Shown piece by piece: positions 49,845 to 60,045 of a stretch of 64,000 nt of DNA (within the stretch, counting starts at the first letter, position 1; every line of letters begins with the position of its first letter). The position numbers were made by a program, and so were the translations under genes. The notes under the pieces are model-generated. The model saw only the letters and a program-made list of their open reading frames with translations. It was not told where the DNA came from and made no database searches. The DNA is from an uncultured Gammaproteobacteria bacterium (GTDB lineage: Bacteria > Patescibacteriota > Microgenomatia > Levybacterales > GWA1-39-11): contig CAZXND010000001.1 of the NCBI GenBank assembly GCA_964641355.1, positions 11,869 to 75,868 on the forward strand. Reading direction: 5' to 3'.

Positions 49845-49860
49845 CTTCTCTAAGTTTTTT

Positions 49861-49891
49861 TAACAAAGAATCAAACCCCTTGATGAAGGGT
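49861..49891 (-). terminator. Intrinsic terminator of greA
   Basis: Minus strand reads CCCCTTCATCAAGGGG hairpin followed by TTTGATTCTTTGTT. Confidence 0.55.
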
Positions 49892-49952
49892 TGTCTTTGT
49901 CTTTGATTCAAAACGATTTTCTTTGTTCATATTGCTTATAATAACCCATCCC

Positions 49953-50420
49953 TTAGTGGATTTCAACGATTGTGTAAAGTACTTTTCCTGCCGGTGCTTC
50001 CACCTCAACCTTTTCCCCAACAGCACGACCGATCAATGCTTTTCCAAGAGGAGATTCATGTGAAATCTTCTTTGCCTGGGGATCTGCTTCCCACTCTCCA
50101 ACTAACGTAAACTTTTCTTTCTTACCTGAAACTGAAAGCGTAACAGATGACCCGAGTTCTATGCTTTTTGAACCGTTAGTTTTTTCTTGAATTAAAGTTG
50201 CATTCTTTAGAAGCTCAGAAAGCTCTTCTATTCTTCCGTCAATTAGAGATAGCTCTTCACGCGCTGCTGTGTATTCTGAATTTTCTGCAAGATCTCCCAT
50301 TGCTCTAGCTTGAGAAACACGTTCTAAGACTTCAGGTCTTTTTACCTTGCTTAATTCCTCAAATTCCTTTTTTAACTCTTCAAGTCCTTCTTTCGTTACA
50401 AAAATTTGTTTTTTATCCAT
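49953..50420 (-). CDS. greA: Transcription elongation factor GreA
   Basis: N-terminal coiled coil (GDLAENSEY) plus C-terminal FKBP-like domain; 155 aa. Confidence 0.9.
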   Translation of the reverse strand: MDKKQIFVTKEGLEELKKEFEELSKVKRPEVLERVSQARAMGDLAENSEYTAAREELSLIDGRIEELSELLKNATLIQEKTNGSKSIELGSSVTLSVSGKKEKFTLVGEWEADPQAKKISHESPLGKALIGRAVGEKVEVEAPAGKVLYTIVEIH

Positions 50421-50465
50421 ACTTTTTTGGTCTAAAAAGTAAAATTTTTTTTCTGCCTTAGCAGA

Positions 50466-50500
50466 ATAAAAACCCCCTTTTTAGGTCTTTAAAGAGGGGG
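50466..50500 (-). terminator. Intrinsic terminator after the nucleotidyltransferase-domain gene
   Basis: CCCCCTCTTTAAAGACCTAAAAAGGGGG hairpin followed by TTTTTATT on the minus strand. Confidence 0.6.
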
Positions 50501-50615
50501 ATTAAAGTTAATAAATTCAACCAAAAGTAATATACCCGATGGTCATGTATAAGTCAATATCCTGGAGTAAGAAAACTATTATAGGATGGGTAATCTTTAT
50601 TAGTTAAGACGTCTG

Positions 50616-51461
50616 CTAAGCTGGTTTTTCGAAATCCAACCTTATAAAGTACTTATTTAAAACTACCTTACTATTATCTCTTGGATGAAACCAAGCAAAG
50701 TTTTTATCAATTTTTTCACTTGTAATTTTTTTTGACATATATTTCTTTTCAAGAAAATAAAAAATATTATCAACAAAATTCATCACTTTGTTTATTCTAG
50801 CTTTTTTATGTGAAATTTCTGGCATATTGTAATTTGCCATATATTCAATAATCCACTGATTTTTTGAAATAAATCTTTCATAGATCTTCTCCTTATTTAT
50901 AACTGGCAAAATTTGGGATATTTCTTTTGCAATAAATAGATTATGTTCTTCTATTAAAATCGACCCTTCATCAAGAAACATATTTACACAAATTTTATCT
51001 CGAATTTTTTTTCCTCTAAATTTTCTTTTTTTGTTAAATAAAAATAATATTGAAAGAATCAAAAATCTAGAAAACCAAATTGTGTTTTTTCTGCAGATTA
51101 CAAATAAATCCAGGTCGTCATTTTTTTTAGCATTACCAACTGAAACACTTCCACTGATAGCAATTAACCTGATCGTAGGAATATACCCTAAAATTTTTAT
51201 TAGACCAATATTTTTAGTTATTTTATTATTACTTTCCTTTTCTCGATTTATTCTCAAACCAACTATCCTTTCTCTTTCCTGCAAGAAATAAAAAATTCCT
51301 TTTTTCCTGATTTCTTTGCTACTGCCCAAAACACTTTTAATTGTCTTTTTGGAAATTTTTCTATTGGTGATTAAAAATTTGTGAATTTCGTTAAGGGTAA
51401 GAGGAAAGTCAAATATATCTGAGTAAGTAAGAGTCGAAAGGATTCTCTCTTCTATCGACAT
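50616..51461 (-). CDS. Hypothetical protein with polymerase-beta-type nucleotidyltransferase motif
   Basis: ISGSVSVGNAKKNDDLDLFVI (GS...DxD) motif; very AT-rich. Confidence 0.4.
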   Translation of the reverse strand: MSIEERILSTLTYSDIFDFPLTLNEIHKFLITNRKISKKTIKSVLGSSKEIRKKGIFYFLQERERIVGLRINREKESNNKITKNIGLIKILGYIPTIRLIAISGSVSVGNAKKNDDLDLFVICRKNTIWFSRFLILSILFLFNKKRKFRGKKIRDKICVNMFLDEGSILIEEHNLFIAKEISQILPVINKEKIYERFISKNQWIIEYMANYNMPEISHKKARINKVMNFVDNIFYFLEKKYMSKKITSEKIDKNFAWFHPRDNSKVVLNKYFIRLDFEKPA

Positions 51462-52972
51462 TATTTTTTAAAAGAATTTGAATATCGTCCTAAAACCTGA
51501 TCCACTCCCGCAGCAAGAGTATCAATAGCTGATGATGCAGTTACGCTATCATCCTGTACAGATCGTACGGCATTTGCCAAATAAGCGTTTAACGAAGATA
51601 CCATCGCATCATCATAAGTGTTAGAAGCAAAAATTGTCGATTCTGCATCACTTGCTTGATCAAGAAAAGTACCTAGATATTCATTTGATGAAAGTAAATC
51701 TTTCATGTCTTTCTTTGGGTATATTTCCCCAAAAAGTCTTGTTTTTGATTCTTCTGCATACAATTTTTCAAGAGTTGAGTTTTGAGATAAGAATTTAAGA
51801 AATTCAAACGATTCTTTCTGAAACTTAGTTTTCATAGATACTCCTTCAAGCCAATAACTTGCAACTGTAGTTTTTTTACTTGGCAAACTTGGTACCTTAA
51901 CGATTTTAAAATTTAGACTCGGATTAGATGCTTTTATTTCTAAAATATCCCAAGAATAACCAAAGTACATAGCTAAATTACCCTTAATAAAAGCTGTTTT
52001 AGAATTGTCCATGTCACTATTCCAGACACTATTATCTCCTCTGGCAAAAGAAGTATAAAAACTTAGAGCATCTTCTGAATTCTGTCTATTTTTACCAGCT
52101 AGATCTTTCATGTCTGCACCATTTTGAATAAAGAGAAGAGATAATAGGTCTGAAGCGTGTTCTATATTATCGTAAGTTCCCAAAGAAATACCTGATGTTG
52201 TAATATTTCCTTCTTCATCTTTAACGGTTAGTTGCCTTGAAATTTTTACAACATCGTCCCAAGTACTTGGTGGATTCTCAATTCCTGCTCCTTCAAATAG
52301 ATCGTTGTTTATGAACAAAGCCAAATTATCTGTTTCGAGTGGAACACCGTAGTAAGCTGAATTTTCTTTGGCATCATCTTTAACAGTGTTGTAATAATTA
52401 TCAAAATTTATATCATTCACCAAGTTATTAGAAAAAGGAAGAAGCATAGATTTCAACTCAGGAATCCAACTAATATGAAACCTAAAAATATCTGGTCCTG
52501 TTCCGTTTTGAATTCTTGTTGATAGTCTCTCTATATATTTACCTTCCGCTTTTATATCTTTTTTTTCATATTTTATCTCTATGTTTGGATGATCACGTTC
52601 GAATTCACTAATTACACCTGAAAATATTTGAGGGTCCTCCCAAAGACCCCAATAAGTAAGGGTTACTTTTTTACTCTCTCCAAGTTTAGGCAAAATGAAA
52701 GTTATTACTAAAAAAACAAGAAATAATACACCTAAAATGCCGAACGCAATAATAATAAATTTCTTAATTCTTCCTCCATTTTCTTCTTCAAGAGTTGGTG
52801 GATTTATGGGAGATTGAGGAGGAGGGTTTATTGCCGACTGACTTGGATCATTTTGCTCCAAAGGCTGAGGTTGACCAATTGAAACAGGGTTATTTTGAGA
52901 AAGAATGGGTTGTGGGGAAGATTCAGAGGATATTGGTCTAGGCATATTATCACGAGTATTTTGATTATCCAT
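51461..52972 (-). CDS. Extracellular solute-binding protein (ABC sugar-type SBP family 1) with Pro/Gln-rich N-terminal extension
   Basis: TM anchor; SBP_bac_1-like core (LTYWGLWEDP...). Confidence 0.65.
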   Translation of the reverse strand: MDNQNTRDNMPRPISSESSPQPILSQNNPVSIGQPQPLEQNDPSQSAINPPPQSPINPPTLEEENGGRIKKFIIIAFGILGVLFLVFLVITFILPKLGESKKVTLTYWGLWEDPQIFSGVISEFERDHPNIEIKYEKKDIKAEGKYIERLSTRIQNGTGPDIFRFHISWIPELKSMLLPFSNNLVNDINFDNYYNTVKDDAKENSAYYGVPLETDNLALFINNDLFEGAGIENPPSTWDDVVKISRQLTVKDEEGNITTSGISLGTYDNIEHASDLLSLLFIQNGADMKDLAGKNRQNSEDALSFYTSFARGDNSVWNSDMDNSKTAFIKGNLAMYFGYSWDILEIKASNPSLNFKIVKVPSLPSKKTTVASYWLEGVSMKTKFQKESFEFLKFLSQNSTLEKLYAEESKTRLFGEIYPKKDMKDLLSSNEYLGTFLDQASDAESTIFASNTYDDAMVSSLNAYLANAVRSVQDDSVTASSAIDTLAAGVDQVLGRYSNSFKK

Positions 52973-53089
52973 TTTAATAAAGCTGCAAACAAGGTAAAAA
53001 CGTGAATTATTACATTCAGCCTCATAATGAGCTTAAATATAGTATAATATGAAAACCGCCTAAAATCTATTATTTAGGAACTAATAGCT

Positions 53090-54520
53090 ATGGTGAAAAA
53101 AGGAAAATCGGTCGTAAAGAGAAGGGTTCTAAGAATAAACAAAATAATTCCTTCTCTCTTTTGGTTCTTCATAGGATTTGTCTTTGCTGGGATTTTCTTA
53201 ATAAGTCTCTTTCTCATCTATTTTAAATATCTTTATAAAGAGCGCGTTATTCCAGGGGTTTACATTGGAAATATATATGTTGGAGAAAAAACCAAAGAAG
53301 AGATTGAAAGTGCTTTTAATGAAAAGAATTCTCTTATTGGAGATGATACTCTTACCCTGTATTTAAATGATAATATTGCAACATATTCTGCAAAAAATTT
53401 AGACGTAGGATACGATACCAATCTTATAGTTAATCAGAGTTTGAGCTTAGGAAAACAAAAGGATATAGTGAGCAACCTCTATATTATAATAAACTCCTAT
53501 CTTAATGGAATATTCTTAAAACCATCTTACTCATTCTCCACTGAAAAACTTAATTCCAGTTTAGATCCTATTTATAAAAAAACTTATATTGCTCCCATTG
53601 ATGCTCTCTTTACAGTCTCAAACAATAGAGTTACCGCTTTTAGACAATCTAGCGATGGGAAAATTATTGACAAAAACTTACTCTATAAGAAAGTCAGTGA
53701 AAAAATCCCGGTGATTTTAAAAAATGAAAATAAGAACATTTCTATAGAAATTCCAATTAGGGTAATAAAACCCAATATAACAACCGAAAAAACTAATAAA
53801 TATGGCATCGAAGAAGTGATAGGTATAGGCAAATCTTTTTTTAGAGGCTCGATACCTAATAGAATCCATAATGTAACATTAGCCGCATCAAGAATTAACG
53901 GAATATTAGTAGCTCCTGGAAAAAGTTTTTCTTTTAACGAATCCCTTGGTGACATCTCTAAATTTACTGGGTATAAAGAAGCCTATGTTATAAGCAATGG
54001 AAGGACTGTACTAGGCGATGGTGGTGGAGTATGCCAAGTTTCAACCACTTTATTTAGAGCTCTTTTAAATGCAGGACTTCCGATCACCGAAAGGCACCCT
54101 CATGCATACCGCGTAGGATACTACGAGCAAAATGGGGGTCCCGGAGTTGATGCAACAGTTTATTCCCCAACCGTTGATCTAAAATTCAAAAATGATACAA
54201 AAAATTTTATCCTTATACAAAGCTTTTTAAATCCAGATGAGCAATCGCTAGAATTTACTCTCTTTGGGAAAAAGGATGGAAGAATATCAAAAGTTACTGA
54301 TCCAATCATATTATCTGAATCCCCAGCTCCTCCTCCAGCATATCAAGATGACCCAACCCTACCCAAAGGCACCACAAAACAAGTTGATTTTGCAGCAGCT
54401 GGTGCCAAAGTCCAATTTAGTAGAGTAGTGGAAAAAGATGGAAAAGTAATAACAAGTGAAACATATACCACTAATTATGCCCCTTGGAAGGCTGTCTATC
54501 TCGTTGGAACAAAGGAATAA
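53090..54520 (+). CDS. VanW-family protein, membrane-anchored
   Basis: VLGDGGGVCQVSTTLFRALLNAGLPITERHPHAYRVGYY VanW signature. Confidence 0.8.
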   Translation: MVKKGKSVVKRRVLRINKIIPSLFWFFIGFVFAGIFLISLFLIYFKYLYKERVIPGVYIGNIYVGEKTKEEIESAFNEKNSLIGDDTLTLYLNDNIATYSAKNLDVGYDTNLIVNQSLSLGKQKDIVSNLYIIINSYLNGIFLKPSYSFSTEKLNSSLDPIYKKTYIAPIDALFTVSNNRVTAFRQSSDGKIIDKNLLYKKVSEKIPVILKNENKNISIEIPIRVIKPNITTEKTNKYGIEEVIGIGKSFFRGSIPNRIHNVTLAASRINGILVAPGKSFSFNESLGDISKFTGYKEAYVISNGRTVLGDGGGVCQVSTTLFRALLNAGLPITERHPHAYRVGYYEQNGGPGVDATVYSPTVDLKFKNDTKNFILIQSFLNPDEQSLEFTLFGKKDGRISKVTDPIILSESPAPPPAYQDDPTLPKGTTKQVDFAAAGAKVQFSRVVEKDGKVITSETYTTNYAPWKAVYLVGTKE

Positions 54521-54999
54521 TGTCTCAAATTATAGATCTTCAACATACATCAAAACTGATTCAAGAATTGAAAAAAGAAAAGAAGAAGATAGTTCTTGCA
54601 GGAGGATGTTTTGATATTATTCACACTGGTCATATTGAATTTCTAAAAAAGGCAAAAGAAAAAGGAGATATTCTCATTATTCTTCTTGAAAGCGATGAGT
54701 CTATTAAAAAAAGAAAAGAAATCAAAAGACCCATTAATAATCAAACGGATCGATCACTCGTACTGTCGCAGGTTCGACCAGTAGACATAATTATCAATCT
54801 CACCCCACTTAAATCGGATGAGGAATATAAAAATATTGTGAATTTAATCCAACCTGATATAATTGCTGTTACAAAAAACGATCCCCTTACTAAGGAAAAA
54901 GCGATGCAAGCAAAAAATGTAGGAGGAAAAGTTATTGAAGTTATTGACGAGCAAAAAAACTCAACTTCAAGAATTATAGATAAAATAAAAAATTTATGA
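54520..54999 (+). CDS. Cytidylyltransferase-like nucleotidyltransferase (RfaE domain II/HldE adenylyltransferase-like)
   Basis: GGCFDIIHTGHIEFL (HxGH) ... RPINNQTDR...VD pattern; start at internal ATG overlapping the VanW stop (TAATG). Confidence 0.7.
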   Translation: MSQIIDLQHTSKLIQELKKEKKKIVLAGGCFDIIHTGHIEFLKKAKEKGDILIILLESDESIKKRKEIKRPINNQTDRSLVLSQVRPVDIIINLTPLKSDEEYKNIVNLIQPDIIAVTKNDPLTKEKAMQAKNVGGKVIEVIDEQKNSTSRIIDKIKNL

Positions 55000-55457
55000 A
55001 AAAAGTTTTACTTCTTTATGGATTACTTGTTCTAGTACTTTTGATACTATATTTTGTAAAGTCAGGAGCGACTGATTTCTTAATCAAGAAGAATGCAGTA
55101 CTTTCTATTAATGGTAATAAAATAGTTCTTGAAAGAGCTGATTCTGAAAAAGAAAGAATGATTGGCCTTACACAAAAAACAGGACTCACCGATGACCAAG
55201 GAATGATATTTATATTTCCAACAAAAGGGAAATATTCTTTTTGGACAAAAAATATGAAATTTCCAATAGATATTATTTTTCTTAACGATAATAAAGTCAT
55301 GGATATCTTTAAAGATGTCCCACCTGCAAATTCTGATATAAATATACCCACCGTAACTTCCCAAGAACAAACAAATTACGTAATAGAGCTTTCATCCGGA
55401 AATGCAGATAAAAATAATATTAAGCTAGGAGATCAGCTAACGATTGAAAATCTTTAA
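54996..55457 (+). CDS. DUF192 domain protein
   Basis: GMIFIFP...FWTKNMKFPIDIIFL core. Confidence 0.65.
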   Translation: MKKVLLLYGLLVLVLLILYFVKSGATDFLIKKNAVLSINGNKIVLERADSEKERMIGLTQKTGLTDDQGMIFIFPTKGKYSFWTKNMKFPIDIIFLNDNKVMDIFKDVPPANSDINIPTVTSQEQTNYVIELSSGNADKNNIKLGDQLTIENL

Positions 55458-55474
55458 AACCTCTCATTTAATTT

Positions 55475-56551
55475 ATGAAAATCCTTTCTATTGAAACCTC
55501 ATGTGATGAAACAGGTGCCGCAGTAGTCGAAAGAGATGTCAACGGAATAAAAGTTATTTCCAATACTGTAGCTACTTCATCTGAAATCCATGCAAAAACA
55601 GGAGGCATTATCCCTGAAAAAGCGGCAAGAGAACAATTAACCTATATCATTCCTGTGATCACAAAGGCTCTTCTTGCTTCAGAAGGAATAGATACCAGTA
55701 AAAAAACAAAAGACAAATATAATTTAGCGCTTGATATCCTCAAAAATAAAATTGATGCAATAGCTGTCACAAATGGTCCAGGTCTAATCGGATCTCTTCT
55801 TGTTGGAGTTGAAACTGCAAAAACGCTATCATTTTCCCTTAACAAACCTCTTATTCCAGTACACCATCTTTTATCACACATTTCGGCTAATTTCATAGAC
55901 AATCACATAGAAAAAATCGAATTCCCATTAATTGGACTTATAATATCTGGAGGTCATACTGATCTTCTTTTATATACAAAAGTAAATGATTTTCTATGGC
56001 TTGGAGGGACAAGGGATGATGCTGCTGGAGAAGCACTTGATAAAATTGGAAGACTACTCAAAATAAATTATCCAGCAGGCCGAGAGATCGAAAACCGAGC
56101 AAAAAAAATAAATAATTCTAAAATTTCCTTCAAAAGCCCACTACTGGGAAGTTCAAGCTATGATTTTTCATTCTCTGGACTAAAAGCAGAAGTAGCAAGA
56201 TATGTAGATGGTAAGAATTTAAACGAAGAGGATATTGATGAAATTTGCTACGCAACTCAAAAGGCAATCATTCAAGTCGTTGTCGAGAAAACCATAAAAG
56301 CAGCAATCAATCATAGCGCTAAATCTATATTGATTGGAGGTGGAGTATCAGCCAATCAGACGTTAAAAGAAAAAATTAACATTGAAGCAAAAAATATTGG
56401 AGTGAGAGTCTACTCCCCTAAAATCGAGTACTGCACCGATAACGCCGCAATGATCGGAGCACAATCTCTAATAGATTTTGACCCAAAAGATTGGAGAGAA
56501 GTTCGAGCGCAACCTGAACTATATTTTGAAAGAAAGAATATAATCATCTGA
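55475..56551 (+). CDS. tsaD: tRNA N6-adenosine threonylcarbamoyltransferase TsaD (Kae1/Gcp)
   Basis: MKILSIETSCDETGAAVV N-terminus; ASKH-fold motifs. Confidence 0.9.
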   Translation: MKILSIETSCDETGAAVVERDVNGIKVISNTVATSSEIHAKTGGIIPEKAAREQLTYIIPVITKALLASEGIDTSKKTKDKYNLALDILKNKIDAIAVTNGPGLIGSLLVGVETAKTLSFSLNKPLIPVHHLLSHISANFIDNHIEKIEFPLIGLIISGGHTDLLLYTKVNDFLWLGGTRDDAAGEALDKIGRLLKINYPAGREIENRAKKINNSKISFKSPLLGSSSYDFSFSGLKAEVARYVDGKNLNEEDIDEICYATQKAIIQVVVEKTIKAAINHSAKSILIGGGVSANQTLKEKINIEAKNIGVRVYSPKIEYCTDNAAMIGAQSLIDFDPKDWREVRAQPELYFERKNIII

Positions 56552-56563
56552 TATACTGAGACT

Positions 56564-58612
56564 ATGAAAACACTAATATTAGTAGAGTCACCAACAAAAG
56601 CCAAGACATTGAACCGTTTTTTACAAGGAAAATATAATATAGAAGCCTCATTTGGTCATATAAGAGATCTTCCTAAAGGAAATCTTGGGGTTGACGTCGA
56701 TAAAAACTTTGAGCCTAAATATGTAATTCCGTCAGCAAAAAGGAAAACAGTTGAAGAATTAAAAAGAAAAGCTAAAGATGCTGACAGCATAATTCTTGCT
56801 ACTGATCCTGATCGAGAAGGAGAAGCTATTTCCTATCATCTTTACGAAATTCTCAAAGGTGAAGTTGAAAATAAGGTAGATTTTAAAAGAATAGTATTCC
56901 ACGAAATAACCCCCGTTGCCATAAACAAAGCACTTGAACATCCTAGAAAAATCGATCAAAATCTCGTCTCTGCCCAAACTGCAAGAAGAGTACTCGATAG
57001 AATCGTCGGTTATAAGCTTTCCCCAATTCTATGGAAAAAGGTTCAAAGAAGACTTTCTGCTGGTAGAGTTCAATCAATAGCATTAAGGCTTATTGTAGAA
57101 AGAGAAAGGGAAATCGAGAAATTTCAAAAAAAACCCTATTTCAGAGCTTTTGTTACATTAATTAAGAACGGGGACAAAGCAGAATTTGAATTAAATCGTA
57201 TAGATGAAAAACCTATTGAAGAACAAAAAAAACTAATCCTCTATGACGGGGAGTATAAATATAAAACCACAATATTAACTCAAGACGATATCAATAACCT
57301 CAAAGAAACGCTACAGAAACAAATCTTCAAGGTAAGTGATGTCTCTAAAAAAGAAACGAAAAGATCACCTAATCCACCATTTACAACCTCCACTCTTCAA
57401 CAAGAAGCCTTTAGAAGGTTTGGGTATACTAGCAAAAGAACAATGAGTATAGCTCAACGTCTATATGAAGAAGGTTTTATCACATATCATAGAACTGATT
57501 CTTTTAATTTGTCTGATGTTTTCGTGAAAGACGCAAGAAATAACATTGAAAAAAAATTTGGAAAAGAGTTTCTTTCGTCAGAAATTAGAATATACAAAAC
57601 AAAAAGCAAACTTGCTCAAGAAGCTCATGAAGCAATAAGACCTACAAATGTAAGCAGCCAAGATGAAGAAATCATACCGATGGGTAAAGACTTTGTAAAA
57701 CTTTATGATTTAATTTTCAAGCGTGCTATGGCCTCACAAATGTCGGATGCCGTATTTGACTCACTGAAAGTTACCATTGAGACCTCAAACAATAAGACTT
57801 ATCACTTCGATACTAATGGTAGATCGTTGAAATTTCCCGGCTTTCTTAAATTATGGTTCTACGAAGAAGATGAGCAGCTGTTACCAGATTATAAAACAGG
57901 AGAAATTTTAGAATTCAACGATTTTCATTTTACGACTCATGAAACAACTGCTCCTCCAAGGTATAACGAAGCATCTCTTATCTCGTCTTTAGAAAAACAT
58001 GGAATTGGAAGACCATCTACTTATGCTCCGATAATTTCGACTATTCAAGAACGAGAATATATAGATAAAGAGGAAGGGAGGTTTAAACCAACAAATATAG
58101 GTATTGCTACAAATGATTTTCTAGTAAAAAACTTTTCCCATATAGATGACATCCCTTTTACCGCTTCCATGGAGGATTCACTAGATGAAATCGCAGAGGG
58201 AAAAAAAGATTGGGTTCCAATGTTGAAAGATTTTTACAAACCATTTGAGGAAGATCTGAAAAAAGCGGAAAGTCAAGAACATGTTGAAGTCAAACAAGAA
58301 ACAACGGGAAGAAAATGCCCAGAATGCGGAGGAGACATTATTGTCAGACGTAGCCGATTTGGAAAATTCTATGCATGCTCTAACTTTCCAAATTGTACCT
58401 ACAAAGAATCTTTTTCAGAACAAACTAATTTTGTTTGCCCCAAAGATGGGGGTAAAGTAATCATTAAAAAAACTAGAAGAGGTAGACCTTTCTTTGGGTG
58501 CTCCAATTATCCTAAATGCGATTTTGCAGCTTGGAAAAAAGAAGAATTATTAGAAACTCAATCTGAAACAAACAGTAACTTGACAAAAACTAATAATTCT
58601 GATCATAATTAA
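56564..58612 (+). CDS. topA: DNA topoisomerase I with C-terminal zinc ribbons
   Basis: TOPRIM (LVESPTKAKT) plus catalytic core; two C4 zinc ribbons at the C-terminus. Confidence 0.95.
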   Translation: MKTLILVESPTKAKTLNRFLQGKYNIEASFGHIRDLPKGNLGVDVDKNFEPKYVIPSAKRKTVEELKRKAKDADSIILATDPDREGEAISYHLYEILKGEVENKVDFKRIVFHEITPVAINKALEHPRKIDQNLVSAQTARRVLDRIVGYKLSPILWKKVQRRLSAGRVQSIALRLIVEREREIEKFQKKPYFRAFVTLIKNGDKAEFELNRIDEKPIEEQKKLILYDGEYKYKTTILTQDDINNLKETLQKQIFKVSDVSKKETKRSPNPPFTTSTLQQEAFRRFGYTSKRTMSIAQRLYEEGFITYHRTDSFNLSDVFVKDARNNIEKKFGKEFLSSEIRIYKTKSKLAQEAHEAIRPTNVSSQDEEIIPMGKDFVKLYDLIFKRAMASQMSDAVFDSLKVTIETSNNKTYHFDTNGRSLKFPGFLKLWFYEEDEQLLPDYKTGEILEFNDFHFTTHETTAPPRYNEASLISSLEKHGIGRPSTYAPIISTIQEREYIDKEEGRFKPTNIGIATNDFLVKNFSHIDDIPFTASMEDSLDEIAEGKKDWVPMLKDFYKPFEEDLKKAESQEHVEVKQETTGRKCPECGGDIIVRRSRFGKFYACSNFPNCTYKESFSEQTNFVCPKDGGKVIIKKTRRGRPFFGCSNYPKCDFAAWKKEELLETQSETNSNLTKTNNSDHN

Positions 58613-58615
58613 GTT

Positions 58616-59437
58616 GTGAAAAGAAATTATTCTTTAATCTTTTTTTCATTGATTTTAGTTATCTATGTAGTGTTTCCACGTTTAGTACTGGCCTCTACTG
58701 TAGAAGATGCTTTAGGTGCAGCAAAAGAATCCTCCACTCCCTCCATGCAACCAACAAACGAAGGCCCTGGATTAATACTTCCAGATAATCCTCTTTTTAT
58801 TCTTGATCAATTCAAGCAATCTATAAGATTAGCTCTAGCAATCACACCCGAAGCGAAAACAAAAACATATACAGCAATCGCAGGAGAAAGATTAGCAGAA
58901 CTTAGATACATGATTGCAAGAAACAACGAAAAGGGAATGGAAATCGCTCTTTCTGGAATGTCTGATAACCTAAAAATGGCAGCTTCCACCATATCTCAAA
59001 GCCAGTTTTCGGGAAATGATGTATCAGAGACTGCTCTTAATTTAAATATAAACATAAAAGAGAAGCAGCAAATTTTAGATAATTTAGAAAAACAATCAAA
59101 AGGAGAGTTAAAATCTCAAATTACAATAGCACAGGAAAAAGTTTTATCAGCTAAACTAATCGTTGAGAATATTCTCCCAATCCATGAAAGAGAGAAAGAA
59201 CTAACTGAAGACTTAGAAAGAAATATAAATAAAGAAATAGCAAACATTAAAAGTTCTACAGAAAACATTGAAAGAAATATATCCGTCTTAAGCTCTGTTT
59301 CTAAAAAAGCCGTGGCAGGTGCCAGTACTAGCGCTACAGAAACAGAAGATGGAAAAAAAGTAGAGAAATCTCTTGAAGCTACAAGAAGTACAGTAAAAAA
59401 GATACGAGAAACCCTGAATCCTCTTATTCAAGAATAA
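58616..59437 (+). CDS. Secreted coiled-coil protein (DUF5667-like)
   Basis: Signal peptide; PGLILPDNPLFILDQFKQSIRLAL N-terminal domain recalled for DUF5667. Confidence 0.45.
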   Translation: MKRNYSLIFFSLILVIYVVFPRLVLASTVEDALGAAKESSTPSMQPTNEGPGLILPDNPLFILDQFKQSIRLALAITPEAKTKTYTAIAGERLAELRYMIARNNEKGMEIALSGMSDNLKMAASTISQSQFSGNDVSETALNLNINIKEKQQILDNLEKQSKGELKSQITIAQEKVLSAKLIVENILPIHEREKELTEDLERNINKEIANIKSSTENIERNISVLSSVSKKAVAGASTSATETEDGKKVEKSLEATRSTVKKIRETLNPLIQE

Positions 59438-59481
59438 AAATTCAAATTGTTGTTTAGCCTCGTTTTTGCTATTATATTCAA

Positions 59482-60018
59482 ATGATTAAGCTTGACGCAA
59501 AAGAACTCAGAACGATCCCACCTGAGAACATAGATTTATCAGAAATTAAAAGACAAGAGCTTTATATAGTTCTTGACAACGTTCTTGATACTTATAACGT
59601 TGGCGCTATTTTTAGACTGGCAGATGCTACTGGTGTCAGAAAGGTTTACCTCTGTGGAGCAACCGAGACTCCACCGAATTCAAGAATAAAGAAAGCCTCA
59701 ATAAACACCTGGCAATGGATTAATTGGGAATATAAAAAAAATACAGTTGATGCAATTTCCGATTTAAGAATGAATATTCCAAATATAACAGTCGTTGCGA
59801 TCGAACAAGATGAAAAAAGCATTCCCTATGACAAAATTAATTACGATTTACCCCTTGCATTAATAGTAGGCAATGAAACAGTGGGAACGGATAAAAAAGT
59901 TTTAGATCAAGCTGATGCCATAGTAGAACTTCCCATGCTCGGAGTTAATATAAGTCTTAATGTTATGGTTTCTCTAGGGATTGTCCTTTACGAAGTCATT
60001 GAAAAACAAAAAGCTTAA
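59482..60018 (+). CDS. SpoU/TrmH-family RNA 2'-O-methyltransferase
   Basis: LYIVLDNVLDTYNVGAIFR and LIVGNETVG motifs. Confidence 0.8.
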   Translation: MIKLDAKELRTIPPENIDLSEIKRQELYIVLDNVLDTYNVGAIFRLADATGVRKVYLCGATETPPNSRIKKASINTWQWINWEYKKNTVDAISDLRMNIPNITVVAIEQDEKSIPYDKINYDLPLALIVGNETVGTDKKVLDQADAIVELPMLGVNISLNVMVSLGIVLYEVIEKQKA

Positions 60019-60045
60019 ACTTCTTGTGTTAAAATATACTTCCTT

